The position numbers and the translations under genes were made by a program. Shown in pieces: positions 13,713-27,952 of a stretch of DNA of 64,000 nucleotides. Position 1 is the stretch's first letter. Every line of letters begins with the position of its first letter. The notes below the pieces were generated by a model, which had not been told where the DNA came from, made no database searches, and saw only the letters and a program-made list of their open reading frames with translations. This stretch comes from Octopus vulgaris (Eukaryota), in NCBI GenBank assembly GCA_951406725.2, contig OX597815.1, forward strand, positions 30,814,001 through 30,878,000, read 5' to 3'.

Positions 13713-14574
13713 ATGTATGTATGTGTGTATATATATATACACATACATACAAATATATGCACCTGTGATAACGTGCTCTGTTGTGGGGAAATATATAGCT
13801 GGGAAACAGTTAAAAATTCCTGACAGGTAGTTTCAAACTGTGTTTGATTGTGAACAGTGTCATAATCTCTGTCAAATCTCTATATATTGTTCATGAATTG
13901 AAATAGCTATCTGTACATACTTAATGCGCATACACTGTTGATAGACGACTTACTGCGTCATTTGTCCTTAGATAACATCTTCTATAAAAGTGCTGTGATG
14001 AAAACACATTATATATCGGAGGGTAACAAGAACTGGCCCCTGCAGCAGTCAGTAGCAACGCCAGATGCATTTCACCTTAGGGCTCTTTCAATGACGCGTA
14101 CTCGCAGCCAGTCATATCTTTGGACAGGTACTCGTAGGGATTGAATAAAACTTTTACTTCTGTTCCAGATAATTGACCGCATGGAAAAAAACGGCTACGA
14201 AATTGAGGAGGATTAAATTAAGATAACCAAACTTAAATGGATATACACTTTTGATAGACTAGTTATTGTGATATTTGCTGTAAGATAACATTACTTATGG
14301 ACGTGCTATGTTAAAAATCAGTGAATGTTTGATTCACTGCTTGGTATATCTGCATGACGAACTCATCTCCGGGATTGTGGCCTGCTACGAGTACGCGCCA
14401 TTGGAAGAGTACATATGTGGCTGAAATGCACTCGATGCAATCGCTGGCCGCTGCTGGGGTCGAAAATTCATCTGTCTCCGATATTTATTGTTTATAACAC
14501 AGTATGTCCATAACAGGTCAAATGCTCTGGACAAATGCCGCAGTAGCGGGCATAATGACAGTGAGTTTACATTA

Positions 14575-14957
14575 TCTCTCTCTATATAAAGCTGAAGTTG
14601 TCTGTGTATGGCAGGTTTGGTAGCCTTCAACGAACACTATCTCCTCCGAGACCCTGCAGCGCAAGTCGACCAAAATTGATATGTATGATACAAGAAGGCT
14701 TGCCCTTCCATTCGTAGAAGAAAAAATTCAAATCGGACCATGTTAGCACCAAAAATTATTTACATCAAAAAGGTGCTTTTTTTCTATGAAAATCCCTATT
14801 TTTTGACTGCTGTGTCGCCATATTTCGGTGTATTTCAACTTGAAAAATATTCACTTAAAGAGAATAACAAGCTACATAATGCAAAAGCTTTACTTTTCAA
14901 AAATTCCAATTCTAAAGGGTCGAACCAAAGCCGAGCAACGCCGGGCGATACTGCTAG
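14575..14957 (+). mobile_element. Non-autonomous Helitron
   Basis: Inserted between A and T. Starts TCtctctctatataaa, has a GC-rich subterminal hairpin-like gccgagcaacgccgggc, and ends CTAG. No TSD. Confidence 0.8.
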
Positions 14958-15512
14958 TGTATGATAAGTAGAACAGTACTTTTATCTAATGCTGTCTCAC
15001 TTGCGTATACCATGTTAGTAAATGTATTATTTCATAGACCATTAATTCTAATGTTATTTTACATAAGTATGAATCACTATCGTGTAAGGGATTTCGTGCC
15101 TTTCCCAGAAGCTTTAGCAATGCAGAGAAAAATTTCAGCTGGGAACCGAAATCGAATTAACGAATATTTTTGATCTTTCATGACCAAACGGCGGCCCAAT
15201 GACTGTTATAATATCTGAATTATGGTTAGTGCTTTTGAATGTCAATATTTTGTCGAGTTATTACTTGAAAGTTTTATTGTGTTTACTTTAGAAAACCATA
15301 AACTTGACATTCTTACTATAAAACACCTATATTCAATACGTAAGTTAAAATCAGTTACGTTTGTGATAAACATAGTAGAACTGAAGTAAACACGTGAAAC
15401 ACAGAAACACTAAATCGGTTTCGATTCCCAGAGGAAAATGCTTCTTAATATTCAGTTAGCTAAATCAATTTTGAAATGTAGCAAACCTCCTCATCCAGTT
15501 CCTGCTGTTCTC

Positions 15513-15546
<34 letters not shown>

Positions 15547-15999
15547 ATTATACGTCAGACAAAACAACTTGCAGTGTTTGTGTCATTTCTTTACACTGCA
15601 CTTTCAGATCCCACGTAAGTCAACATTACCTTTCAAGTTGCCGAGATTAATAAAATATAGCAACAGTGAGACACTGGGGTGACTGAATCGATTAATTTGA
15701 TTTTCCAATTTTCTAGGCTCGTGCCTATGCTATAGATCAAAGGTGGTAAAACGCCAGAAACACCCAAGAGTAGGAACCTAATATCTTGAGGTATTAGGTT
15801 CCTACACTTTATGTTTCGTGTTCAAATCTTGTCAAACCCAGCCGATCTCTTTACGGATTAACATACTACCATCAAATGTGTGACCTTGCAGCTATTTTAA
15901 AGAGAATTATTATCACTATCCCTTTAACAGGGACTAAAATTATAACTGGATACATAATAGGCGCTCTCAATTAAGTCATTTGACAGCAGAATGGAAGAG

Positions 16000-16041
<42 letters not shown>

Positions 16042-16049
16042 AGAGAGAA

Positions 16050-16320
16050 AACTTTTCCACGGATGTTGGTAGTTAGAAGAATTGCCGAATTATGTAAAGA
16101 CAAAATATTAGTAGGTGTTATATTTAGTTTGTTGATGTATGTTGGTAAATTGTTAGGAATATAGCCAAGAGTTCTAATTACTATTGGCACAAAATTACTT
16201 TGTGTATTCGCACTTCTTGAAATTTTTAACAGAATCACCAAATACCTATCAGTTTTCTCGGGTTCTTTGCCAGTTATAGAGTAGTTACCTGGAATGGCTA
16301 CATCTATTATATAAAAATTC
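16050..16320 (-). mobile_element. Degenerate 3' relic of an R4/Dong-like RLE retroelement
   Basis: IDVAIPG....KE.EK..RY...L.IS......VPIVI.TLG.IP motif on the minus strand. Confidence 0.55.
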
Positions 16321-16999
16321 TGAACTGCAAATGTTAACTTTAAATTCTACGCTTCAGGTTCCTCTTTCAGAACTAGTTTCATAACTGTTCAGAGTCTCGG
16401 GCTTTCATAACCCTATTATATTGCCTACGTAGCAGCATATTTTATATTTACTCAATGTTCTCCTTGTGATACTTTCCTTCCTCTCAATACTGTTTTTAGA
16501 AATTTGCTACTTTTTGCAGCATGCTGCTACAACAATTTATTCATACTTATGAAATATCGATTTAATGATCTTTCATTGGGAAAATCGTCTTTGATTCCAG
16601 TATTCTACTGCATCGCATATAAACTGTCTTTGCTCCCGCATGCAATGCTTCTTGGATTATTTTACTACAAGTCTGAAATGACCCCTGAATGACCGGGTCA
16701 TTGTAAGTGAACTTTGAATCCTGATTCGCTGTTACCTTTAGAGCACAATATAGGCGGAATAACGTCAAGTAGTGAAGCTATTAACACGGAGTTGTAAAGC
16801 CTGACAACATCGCAGGGACATAGGGCCAGTCTTCACCTGCGTTAGCTCACGTACACAAACACAGATCTCAGACAGTCAGATAGTTCGGCAGTGGGAGACC
16901 GATATAAGGAGACTTAGAATATTATTCTACCGTGCTGATTTGATCATAAAAATCGATCCACACGTAAAATATATAACGCTTTCATTCCTAAATATTTCT

Positions 17000-17385
17000 G
17001 GCGAGCTGGTAGACCCGTTAGCAGCACTTCTTCCTGCTTTTAACGTTCTGAGTAGTCGACTTTGCCTTTCAGTTTTCGATGTCTCTCAAGTAAGTACCAG
17101 TTAAACAGTGGGGTCGATGTAATCGATTTACACCCGCCAACGAACTTGCTGGCCTCGTGCGAAAATTTGAAGCCATTATTAGAAGTAAGCGCGCTGGCAG
17201 AATCGTTAGCACATCAGACAAAATGCTTAGCGGCATTTCTCCCCACATTTCAGCTAAAATTCAAATTCCACCGAGGTTGACGTAGCGTGTCTTGCCTTTC
17301 GAGATCTAAAAATTAATTATCAGTTGAGTTCTGGAGTCAATGTAATCGAATGCATCCTGCTAAATATTTTAGGCCTTGTGTCTAC
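17000..17385 (+). mobile_element. Two tandem degenerate SINE family A copies
   Basis: Two heads (ggcgagctggtaga.. at 17000 and gcgcgctggcagaatcgttagc at 17189), each followed by core and tail motifs. Confidence 0.75.
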
Positions 17386-19495
17386 AGCTGAAAAAACATG
17401 TTATTATTAATGTCGAAATCACAACTGCAAAGTATAAGCATTACTAGCCTTCCTTCGTATATATATAAGGGACTGCCTTTGCTCTGCATCTTTCTGTGAT
17501 ACCAGCAATATATTTTCCAATGACCCAAACCCCTACCAAAAATATTTGTGAAAGAAGTGTCAAACAGAAAAGCAAAAATCATTATTAATTTTATTATTGA
17601 AGACATGTTCTCTCTCCATAAAAGTACAACAGGTGATGAATAGCTTTAGACGAAGCGCATCTCACTCTTATGTCAAAAAAAGAAAGTAAGAAGAAAGATA
17701 AAAGTTAAACCGAACACATAATCGCCTTTGCTTTCGCCTTCCCCTTCCCCTTCCCCAACCTCCTCACTCTCAACGTCACGAAGATCTATTTAGTTCATTG
17801 CAATTTTGACGTTTCTCTGTAGATATTTTTTTCTACTTCAAATATGTTTTGAATACAGAATGTATTTACATCAAAGCAGCTAAACAGTGGGGTAAGAACT
17901 AGGATAAAGAAAAGTAATACAAAAAAAAAAAAAGAATGTAAAAAAGATATCGAAGAAATTTTCATCGAGAATTCCATCAAAAGATCCTCAAAATAACCAG
18001 GAGGTGGAGATATACAAGACGTCACTTCGTAAACATGTGATAGAAATGTTGAGAGCAGACAATAAGATTTTCTGGTATTTAGAAATACTTCTTTTCTCAC
18101 CATTCTTTTCGTGTTCTTTAGAAAGTGCTAGGAGATAACTGAACATGGGAAGGCCAAATTCTTTAATGAAAACAAAGAATGAAAAAAGATGTCTTTATTT
18201 AACATTCTTAAAGATACAAAGTGCAATAAAAAAGACAGCAATATACCTTCTAGGTAACACATTTCGTAACAACCTGGACATAAATTCAAAAATTCATGAG
18301 GCTTCTACGTAGTGACTTCATTTGCTGGAAGTAGTAAACATGTCTCCTTCAAATTTCGCAACGTTTTAATAGAATGAAAAATATAAAAGGAAAAGGTTTT
18401 CTAGATATAATATGTCTGCACAAGTAGCAATAATCTTAAGAATGGAGTAAAAGTAACACTCACCCAACCTTAATAACTCTTGTTCACGAAATTTACCCTT
18501 TGAGTCACAGCGTCTACAAAAAGAAATGTATGTGTACATGTGCGAGCGCATCTGTACCCTTGTGTGTGTGCGCGCATTTGTATGCTTGTGTGGGCGTGTG
18601 TCTGTGTGACTGTGTGCGCGCGCGTATATGTGTGTGTTTGTGGGTGGGGGTGTAGATATGCATTTATTAAATGAATTTATATGAAAAGGCTTTCCTTAAT
18701 CGAGTTGGAGAAATAAATTTTTATCAATGTACATTATAAGATATTACATTATATCATATAACATTACGCTTTTTCCATTTCTATTTATCAATTACATTTC
18801 GCTCATGAATGGTTTACAGGGGTTATGGCGTATTTAATGAAACAATCTGCAACCATTTTTTTTGCAGTGATATTTAAGAAAAGCGTTTTAAGGCTTTCTC
18901 AAGTACACGAAAGGATCAATCGTTAAGAATAAGACTTTCTATGAAAATGCAAAATTTATAATTGATTTAGAGAAAAAAAATTAATAGAAAATTGTAGCAT
19001 AAACTTATCAGCTCATCAATAAAATCGATGCTTTTATCCAATGAAATTAAATAAAATGAAAGAATGCTACTATTAACTTTTTTCTTTTATCAAGCTTGAA
19101 ATTGCAATTCTCGAAAATATTTTGGCTAACAACAAAATTTCAAAATAAACGACATTATTTTTCATAAATTAAGAATGTTATGAGACGAACTTTGTAGAGC
19201 ATGTGATAATCTGGGCGCGTCGAAAAGTAATACGTTTTCAGTTTTTGCATTGTGATATTTTCTATCACCTATGTCACTAATCTTATTAAGAGAGTGATGA
19301 ACATCACTACATTTCATGTTCCACAACAGCAAACATCTTATTTTCATGGTCGGGGATTTGAAACAGTAGGTTACTAGACTAACAATGTATTGGTTTATAA
19401 GTCTTCATTCTGAATTCGAAACCAAACTATTTTCTGTTTCTTTAGTGACTTCGAAATCATGAAAATATCGTTTGTGTGTTTTTGGTGGGTAATGC

Positions 19496-20202
19496 ATCAC
19501 ACGTAAAATATATTATATAAAAATCTACATGGACACAACGATTGTGTAATTATTAAAATTTGTGCTGTGATTTCATCAGTTACAGCTTCTCAAATATCCA
19601 TTTTCTGCTCACATAAATTTGTTCTCCTATTGTTCTGTAGCCTTGTCTACTAACCTATGAGTGTGCGTGATATGAAGTAATGTTGGTTTTAGTCACAAAA
19701 TATCTTTGCTTAAAGAATTTCACTGGATGAAAATATAAAATCTCGTGTAAGTAGGGATTTGATCAACGATATTTTGTATCAATGGATACATTCATTCTCA
19801 CTGCGTATATATAAGCAATCGTTTTGGCTCTTTATATAAGCAATTAGAATTGTTGTAAGGTTCTTTAATCAAACTCTAACATCTGACTTACAAGTATGAC
19901 ACATTTGTGTATACACTTTCATGGAACTTGGTAACAAGGAACTTTGGTAACTCATCATAATACAGAAGACAATTAAAAAAATGATATTAATTGACAGTAT
20001 TACATATTATACAGAATATTATAATAAATGAGAATAACTATGGGAATATTTTTAATAGCAAAATACTGGGCGAAATTCAACACAAATGGATCACACGTAC
20101 AATATATTATATAAAAATCTAAATGGACATAACCAGTGAGTAATTATAAAAAATTTGGCTGTGGTTTCATCAGTTATAGCTTCACAACTATCCTTTTCTT
20201 CT
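19496..20202 (+). repeat. About 113-bp diverged direct repeat pair (19496-19608 and 20090-20202)
   Basis: atcacacgta.aatatattatataaaaatcta.atggaca...gctgtg.tttcatcagtta.agcttc.caa.tatcc.tttct occurs twice, 594 bp apart. Confidence 0.8.
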
Positions 20203-20519
20203 AACAGCAAATCCTACGAAAAACCCGCCATTATGATTATACTACAAGGACCTTTTAATGTTGATGGAGTCAAACTATTTAGAAACGGTATTTTTATAGA
20301 CTAAATGTAACGGATTATTAACGAAATATGAAAGCCAATTTAATATAAAGGATAACACTCAAAAACTGTCTTGTGCTTAATATAATATACGTGAACGGAA
20401 AACAAAATATTCACTATGTATACAAATACATATAACAACGAACAATAGAGAAATAAATACTTGCATACAGACATACATGTGTATGTATAAATAGATGAAA
20501 AGATAGACAGATAGATAGA

Positions 20520-20590
<71 letters not shown>

Positions 20591-20954
20591 GCAGAGAGGT
20601 GGGGAGAATGCGAGAAGGCATATAAAATAATATTTTTCAAAACAAGTATAAATCATTAAATCTGCTAGTATTACAAAAGTAGTACTTTCCAAAATCCTGT
20701 ACAAGACAGATAACTGCAGTAACTAAATTGAGAAACAAATATTGAAGCCAATTACCTTTATGTTATACCTCGGAGCCATTGCATCGAGTTTCTGCAAACT
20801 TGGAGAAAATCGTCTCCAAATATAAGGCAAAAAGCAAAATGGTGGCATTCTTGTGACACTTCATCAGCGAAATAGAGAAAGAGAGAGTCGACTTCATTCC
20901 TATACCTAATTGAGTTTGCATTTCGTGAGAATCAGTTACTTCTTTCGTAAAGGT

Positions 20955-21031
<77 letters not shown>

Positions 21032-21119
21032 ATATATATATATCTACTTCCATATATGAATCACATATTTATATACGTAAGATAAATTCTTATAAAGATT
21101 TTATCCTACTTTTAAATAG

Positions 21120-21187
<68 letters not shown>

Positions 21188-21520
21188 ATTATATATATAT
21201 ATATATGTTCAAACATATAATAATATAAATAATATATATATGCATATATGTGTATATGTACACACATATACATATATATGCATATGAGGCTGTCGTTCAA
21301 TGCTCGAAATGAGTAGATGATCAGTCGAGAACTGACTGAGGCTCGTTATTTATGTTACTTTATGTCCTCTTTTCCATTTGTTTCTCTCGTTGTTTCTGTA
21401 TTCAACTCTTTTGATTTCGTATTTCATGTTATTTACGGTTTGTGACATCCTCTACCCATATATGCATATATATGTGTATGTGTGTACATATACACATAGT
21501 ATTGTTATTATTATTATTAT

Positions 21521-22197
21521 TCAGTAGTTTTATTTTTATAGCGTGCTTTCACTTAACTACCGAGCGCAGCTCTGTGTGCCTTGAGTATGTACTGTGATTT
21601 GTTGTGATGCTCTGATGGTTATTGTATGGAAAGTGTTCTGCGTAGGATGTGTGCAGTGCCTAGTAGTGCAATTTTCTCTATGTTATATGTGTTTGTAAGT
21701 CCTGGTGTTTTTGTTATGTATTTGTCTGAATATTTTTTTATCATGCCTAATGCACCTACTATAATAGGAATTGTTTCTGTTTTTAGATTCTACGTTCTGG
21801 TTACCTCTATTTCCAGGTCTTTGTATTTTGAAAGTTTCTCCATTTCTTTTAGAGACACGTTGTCATCTGCTGGTATTGATACATCAATTAGAAAGCATTT
21901 TTTTCTTCATGATCTCTGACAACTATATCTGGTCTGTTGGCCTTAATTTCTCTATCTGTGTGTGTCGGCATATCCCAGAGTATGGTTGCTTTCACGTTTT
22001 CTGTGACCTTTTCTGGTGTGTGCCTATACCATCTTTTTTCTGTTGTTATTCCATAATGTTGGCATAGCTTCCAGTGTATGTAGGTCCCAACTTTGTCATG
22101 TCTGTGAATATATTCCTTCTTAGCCAGGACTGGGCAGCCAGAGATAATATGATTTATTGTTTCTTGTCCATCTCCACACATTCTGCAGTTACTTGTT
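21521..22197 (-). mobile_element. 5'-truncated R4/Dong-like retroelement (zinc knuckle, RLE, 3' UTR)
   Basis: CRMCGDGQETINHIISGCPVLAKKEYIHRHDKV...WDMP..TDREIKANRPDIVV. (TTA)n tracts lie on both sides. Confidence 0.9.
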
Positions 22198-22224
22198 AAA
22201 TTTCTTTACTTATTATTTCTTTAC

Positions 22225-22302
<78 letters not shown>

Positions 22303-22316
22303 GTACATACAAATTC

Positions 22317-22577
22317 ATGACCCAGTGGTTGGACTCACGGATTCGAATCTCAGACCGGGCGATGTGTGTGTTTATGAGCAAAACACTGAAGCTCCACGTC
22401 GCTAAAGGCAAACTTCTGCTGACTCTTGCGCTACAACATTCCCTCACTCTATCTTCATGCATCTAGCAGCTTACCTGCGACGGACCGGCGTCCCCTCCAG
22501 GTGGGGAAGCTATACGCAAATGAAGCCGGTAAACTGGCCCTTACAAGCCAGGCGTGGTTCGAGAAGGAACAAACAAC
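22317..22577 (+). mobile_element. tRNA-derived SINE with family C head and a different tail
   Basis: atgacccagtggtt...ttcgaatctcagaccgggcgatgtgtgtgtttatgagcaaaacactgaagctcca matches the 13593 head. The 3' part is unrelated to the family C tail. Confidence 0.7.
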
Positions 22578-22659
22578 TTAAATACATATACATATATACA
22601 GATACATATACATACATGTGTGTGTGTGTATATATATATATGTACATTCTTCAACTTTT

Positions 22660-23235
22660 ATTCTTTCATGAGTTTCAGCCACAAGCCGTGGCCATGCTTG
22701 GGCACCGTCAGTATCATCACCTTTTCAATTGCTATTTTCAATCAGTTGAATTTTATTGAATGAGAGAATTTGATACTCATGCCCTCGGTTGAGTTTGTTC
22801 CAATGATGTAGGTTTGTCTACCATCTTGGACAACAGACGGCCAACGTGCTTCTTGAATACAATTTATCCTCACTCCATGCAGCTCTCTCAGATTTTGTGG
22901 TAGCAAGTTATTGAATTGCTGTAGGTCTTTGAATCTTACGCTAGTGCTGTATTCTAGATGGGGTGGGTGACATTTTTGGAACAATCTTACTCGAGGAGTG
23001 GTATAATTCACGGTGCTCAGGTCTTTTGCCAGTTCCTCAAGCATCTTCGAAAGGGATTTCACTACTTTAAGCGATGTTTTCATTGACACAATCTGCTTTG
23101 GGCAGCAACACTGAAAAAATTAACATTATAGGGCAATCATAGTTTAGAGCAGGAGTCCAAACAGCTGAAGCCGAATGTACCCTATAGAGCAAGCATATTC
23201 TCCTGATCCCTTATTCAGAAAGTTCTCATAATTTA
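22660..23235 (-). mobile_element. Old 3' fragment of a CR1-group LINE
   Basis: QQFNNLLPQNLRELHGV resembles PQLFNILPKSLRNLHKV of the 6640 LINE. It ends in cggtgcccaagcatggccacggc...gctgaaact, matching the LINE 3' UTR. Confidence 0.7.
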
Positions 23236-23485
23236 TCGAGTCTTTCGAAGAGAGCGACGGAGAGAAATATTCCGTTCCAGCGGCGGTAGAACTCAGTGTA
23301 GGCGCTGCTCAGAAGCGAGCCAAAGCATCAAGGAAAAGTACTGGATTTGCCATCGAATACGCATATACACATATATATTAATAAACTTTTTTGGATGTGT
23401 ATATATAACTATGTAAACACCCACGCACATACACAGACACATAAAAATATATATGTAAATATGTTTGTGAGTGTGTGTGTGGGTA

Positions 23486-23526
<41 letters not shown>

Positions 23527-23604
23527 GCATACACACGTTCACACACACACATATAAATATTTATGTGTATGTATTTATATATATGTATGTATGTATCTAT
23601 ATAT

Positions 23605-23637
<33 letters not shown>

Positions 23638-23659
23638 CATACATACATATATATATATA

Positions 23660-23694
<35 letters not shown>

Positions 23695-24376
23695 ATATAT
23701 ATATATATATATAAAGAGAGAGAGAAAGAGAGAGACAGACAGACAGAAAGCAAGAGACAAAGTATGTGAGGCTGGGATAGTTATATAAAATCTGTTTATT
23801 TATACTGCGTGAACATTTCCATGAGTGCGTAAATGTGTATACACATCATTGTTTTCAGTCACAATAAACATAAACAGTCCTTTGCCTGCAATATAGCAAG
23901 CAGTAATGTGTAGGTAATCATTTTTTTTGCATTGGTCTGTTGGGCACACTCAAACTGATCTTACTTGCCAGAATTATACGCTCCTTCGACTTTAACATCT
24001 AAAAGCACAGCTGTGTTTATAAAATAACGTTAGCAAAATCCATTCCAACTTGTTTAGTATGGAACAAAAATTTTCAGAAATTACCAGTTGTCTCTTCCGT
24101 TACTATCGCATTTAACGGTGAGATCAATGGCTCCGAGAACATAAAAGTCAACTGGAACAATTTAATGTGTTTTCGCTGATATAATGTTTCATGTAGATAA
24201 CATAAAAATTTTTCGTTGCTCTTATTAATAAAAAAAAATAAATAAAAATCAAGAAATGTTGGTTATTGAATTCTAATCGAGTAAATAAATTATTTTCGGA
24301 AAATGGATCAGATTGAACCGAATATATTTCCGAATAATTATGGAAAACATTCAGGAAGTTATTTTCATTTCAAACA

Positions 24377-24658
<282 letters not shown>

Positions 24659-25004
24659 GCAAGAAATTAAAAAAAGTAATATCAATATTTCGTATAAAAC
24701 CAATCCTTTCGAAATTCTATATTCTTCGAGTAAAATGATATGTAAGTTGATTCAGATATTGGAATGATAAGTTCATTAAGAACATAGCAGTCCAGCATTT
24801 AGTAATGCGATGAAAACTTGTAACTTGATAATGGAGCAAAAAGGAAAAAATAAAAAAAATAAACAAAATAGAACCTATGTACTTTTAATTATAAGATAAT
24901 CTCCTCCTAGCGACTAGAAGGATTAGATTATGAATTACATCAATAATGATGACAATAATAACAAAAACAACAACAACAACAAAAATAATGATCCCTTCTA
25001 GTAT

Positions 25005-25206
25005 AGGCACAAAGCTTGACATTTGGGTGAAGGAGGAAAGTGGATTACATTGACCCCTGTACTCAGCTGATACTTGATTTATCGACCTCGAAACGATGGA
25101 ACTTACAGTCGACATCGGCAGAGTTTGAACTCAGAACCTAGCGGCAGACGGTATACCGCTACGCATTTCGTCTGGTGTGCTAAGTATTCTGCCAGCTCTC
25201 CGCCTT
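25005..25206 (-). mobile_element. SINE family A
   Basis: Full head (aaggcggagagctggcagaatacttagcacacc) and core on the minus strand, abutting (TAA)n. Confidence 0.85.
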
Positions 25207-25232
25207 AATAATAAATAATAATAATAATAATG

Positions 25233-25311
<79 letters not shown>

Positions 25312-25333
25312 GTAAAGAAATAATAAGTAAAGA

Positions 25334-25404
<71 letters not shown>

Positions 25405-25405
<1 letters not shown>

Positions 25406-26200
25406 CTCCCCATGTTCTTATTAATGATACATCTAGTGATGGTGTCACAATAAAAACACTGGTAATGGCGCAACCTGATAATCGCTCCCTCATATGAGTG
25501 ACAATGAAAGAACAAAATATTGTGAATAACTATGGTAATGAAACTGAAGCCTATTGATATCCAGAAAGGAACCACTACACACGGCGTAGATGGAGCAAGC
25601 AAATTAACGTTGTGGTCATGGAGTGTTACTACCTGAGCAACCCTGTAGGTGAAAATTGTGCGCAAATTAGGGGCTACCGACAACGTATGTATGATCATTG
25701 GAGAGAAAAGGGATTGTTTCAAATCACGGATCAGAAATTATGTGATCACGCAGTAGCAATAAGAAATAATCGTTGGTTCACAGAAGTAGAGCACGAAGAT
25801 ATCAAAAGACAGATATTGGAAAACAGCAGCCGAGATATCGATGAAAATACAGTTCTTACTAATAAAAGTAATCTTGTAGCACAGGAATGGAGCAGTGGTA
25901 TTTTACTTGATGAGAGACATATAGATGATCTGAAAGAAGACAATAAAACTAATGGTGACAGATGAACAAAAGGCAATCTACGACAGAATAAAGGCAAGAC
26001 TACAGGGGAACGGTAGCGACATTATTTGCAACCTTAAAAATGTTGATTGGTGGAATTTGAACCAGGAAACGAAAATTGTCAATGAAATTCTGAAATCCAT
26101 CAGAACAAACATCACAGAAACAAATGATTTGATTAAGGCAGCAAGTATTGTTGTAGCAAAAAAACGTGGGTGTTGATGTCAAGAAAAAGAAGCATAATGG
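25405..26200 (+). mobile_element. 5' portion of an R4/Dong-like retroelement (N-terminal domain)
   Basis: VMECYYLSNP...GYRQRMYDHW.EKGLF.ITDQKLCD...I..NRWFTEVE.E.IK and NLKNVD...ITETNDLIKAASIVVA. The latter is homologous to the 5' part of the 31025-32848 element. Starts directly after (TAA)n. Confidence 0.75.
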
Positions 26201-26663
26201 GAAAAGATGCTTTTCCTCCATTCACCGAAGGCGTTTGTAGTATTGTCCAGCAGACGTTAGTGGGATCAGATGGCGTTTTATGCTCACAAAGTTTTCGATC
26301 CTGAACTGTAACACTCTCCAGTTGGTGAATCAACTGCAGTTTCCCCCAAGCAGCCAATTTTTCTCCTCCGTCGTTCTGGCTTAGCTATTTGTTTCTCTTC
26401 CTCCATAATCAATACGACGCTTTTTTTGCCTTTTTTTTGTTGATGCCTTCCATTTTAATTCTCTCTCTTTCCTGTTACTCCAACAATCCAATGATTGCAA
26501 ACATTCTCCATTTCAACTGGTCTGGGAATCCTCTACAGCTGAACCCGACTAGGGATAACCATGCCTACCATCCCTTCACCCTGCAATTTTGCAAAGGTTT
26601 CTGTATTTGGCACTCTTCCATTCGAAAGCTTGATTGCACATTCCTTCTCATTGAACTGTAATT

Positions 26664-26767
<104 letters not shown>

Positions 26768-27813
26768 ATCACCCTCCCTTTCTCTCGTTATATATATATG
26801 TATACATTATATATATACGTTATATATATATACGTGTGTGTGTGTGTGTGTATGTGAGTGGACATTTTTGCATGCCTTAAGTGGTAAGAAGAAGCAAGAG
26901 GAATAAAGAGAGGGTGTGGGGTATTAAGGAGAAATATATATATTCAGACACTATCACCAACCGGATTTAAGCCTGCAACTTTTTACTAGGTGTCTATAAC
27001 ATCATACAGCGGCGAACCATCGATTGCATCATTGCATTTCACATTATGTTATGTGATAACGCTATATATATTTGTGCTACATCATTATTTTAGTTGGTCT
27101 TCAGCCTAAGTTTGAAAACTCTTCAGAGCTTGTTTACTGCTTCTCTATTCTGACAGACAGACAGAAAACTGATAAGTAGATCACAGTTGCAATACATAAA
27201 ATATATATCATAGTTAGTTAAATAACACGGGTAACTATATACTTACAGCAGACTTACTGCTAGAAACACTACAGAAAAAAAAAATCGGTAGAAAGATAGT
27301 GAACGGAACCAAGAACGAAGTATTTTCCAATATAGGATTCGAGTCTATCTTAATTAGCTTTGGCTGAGTCATCGATAGCTTCGCTGTAACATTATAGGGT
27401 TTTCAATTGCATTATCTTCATAGTTTCTGCGTTTTTAGTTTTTATTTCTTTACCCTTTGCCCAGGAAATCGTTAAATTTCGTGTGACTGAATTGACAGTA
27501 TAGAAAAATGCGGTTGTTTCTTAAGCACACTCACATCTCGTGAAATACCGCAGCTTCCAAGACATTATAGTCAAGCTAATCGATACAGTAACTGAAACTT
27601 CGTCTGTCAATGTATTATTTCATTCAATCGACTATCGAAACGCCTTCCCTATATTTATGTAGTTAATGCATGTGTATGTAGGTACATGCGTGTGTCCGTG
27701 TGTGTATCTTCTTTGTTTTGTGTGTAATTTACTTCTTCTAAAGTGACTTTACATATATGTGCCTCTCTGTCTGTTCGTGTATGTGCATATGCATATATAT
27801 ATGTATGTATGTG

Positions 27814-27858
<45 letters not shown>

Positions 27859-27891
27859 ATATATATATATACATACACACACACACACACG

Positions 27892-27952
<61 letters not shown>

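Noticed and set aside
19570-19583. CTGATGA on the minus strand within the direct repeat as a hammerhead
   Set aside because: There is no downstream stem II plus GAAA or stem I partner.
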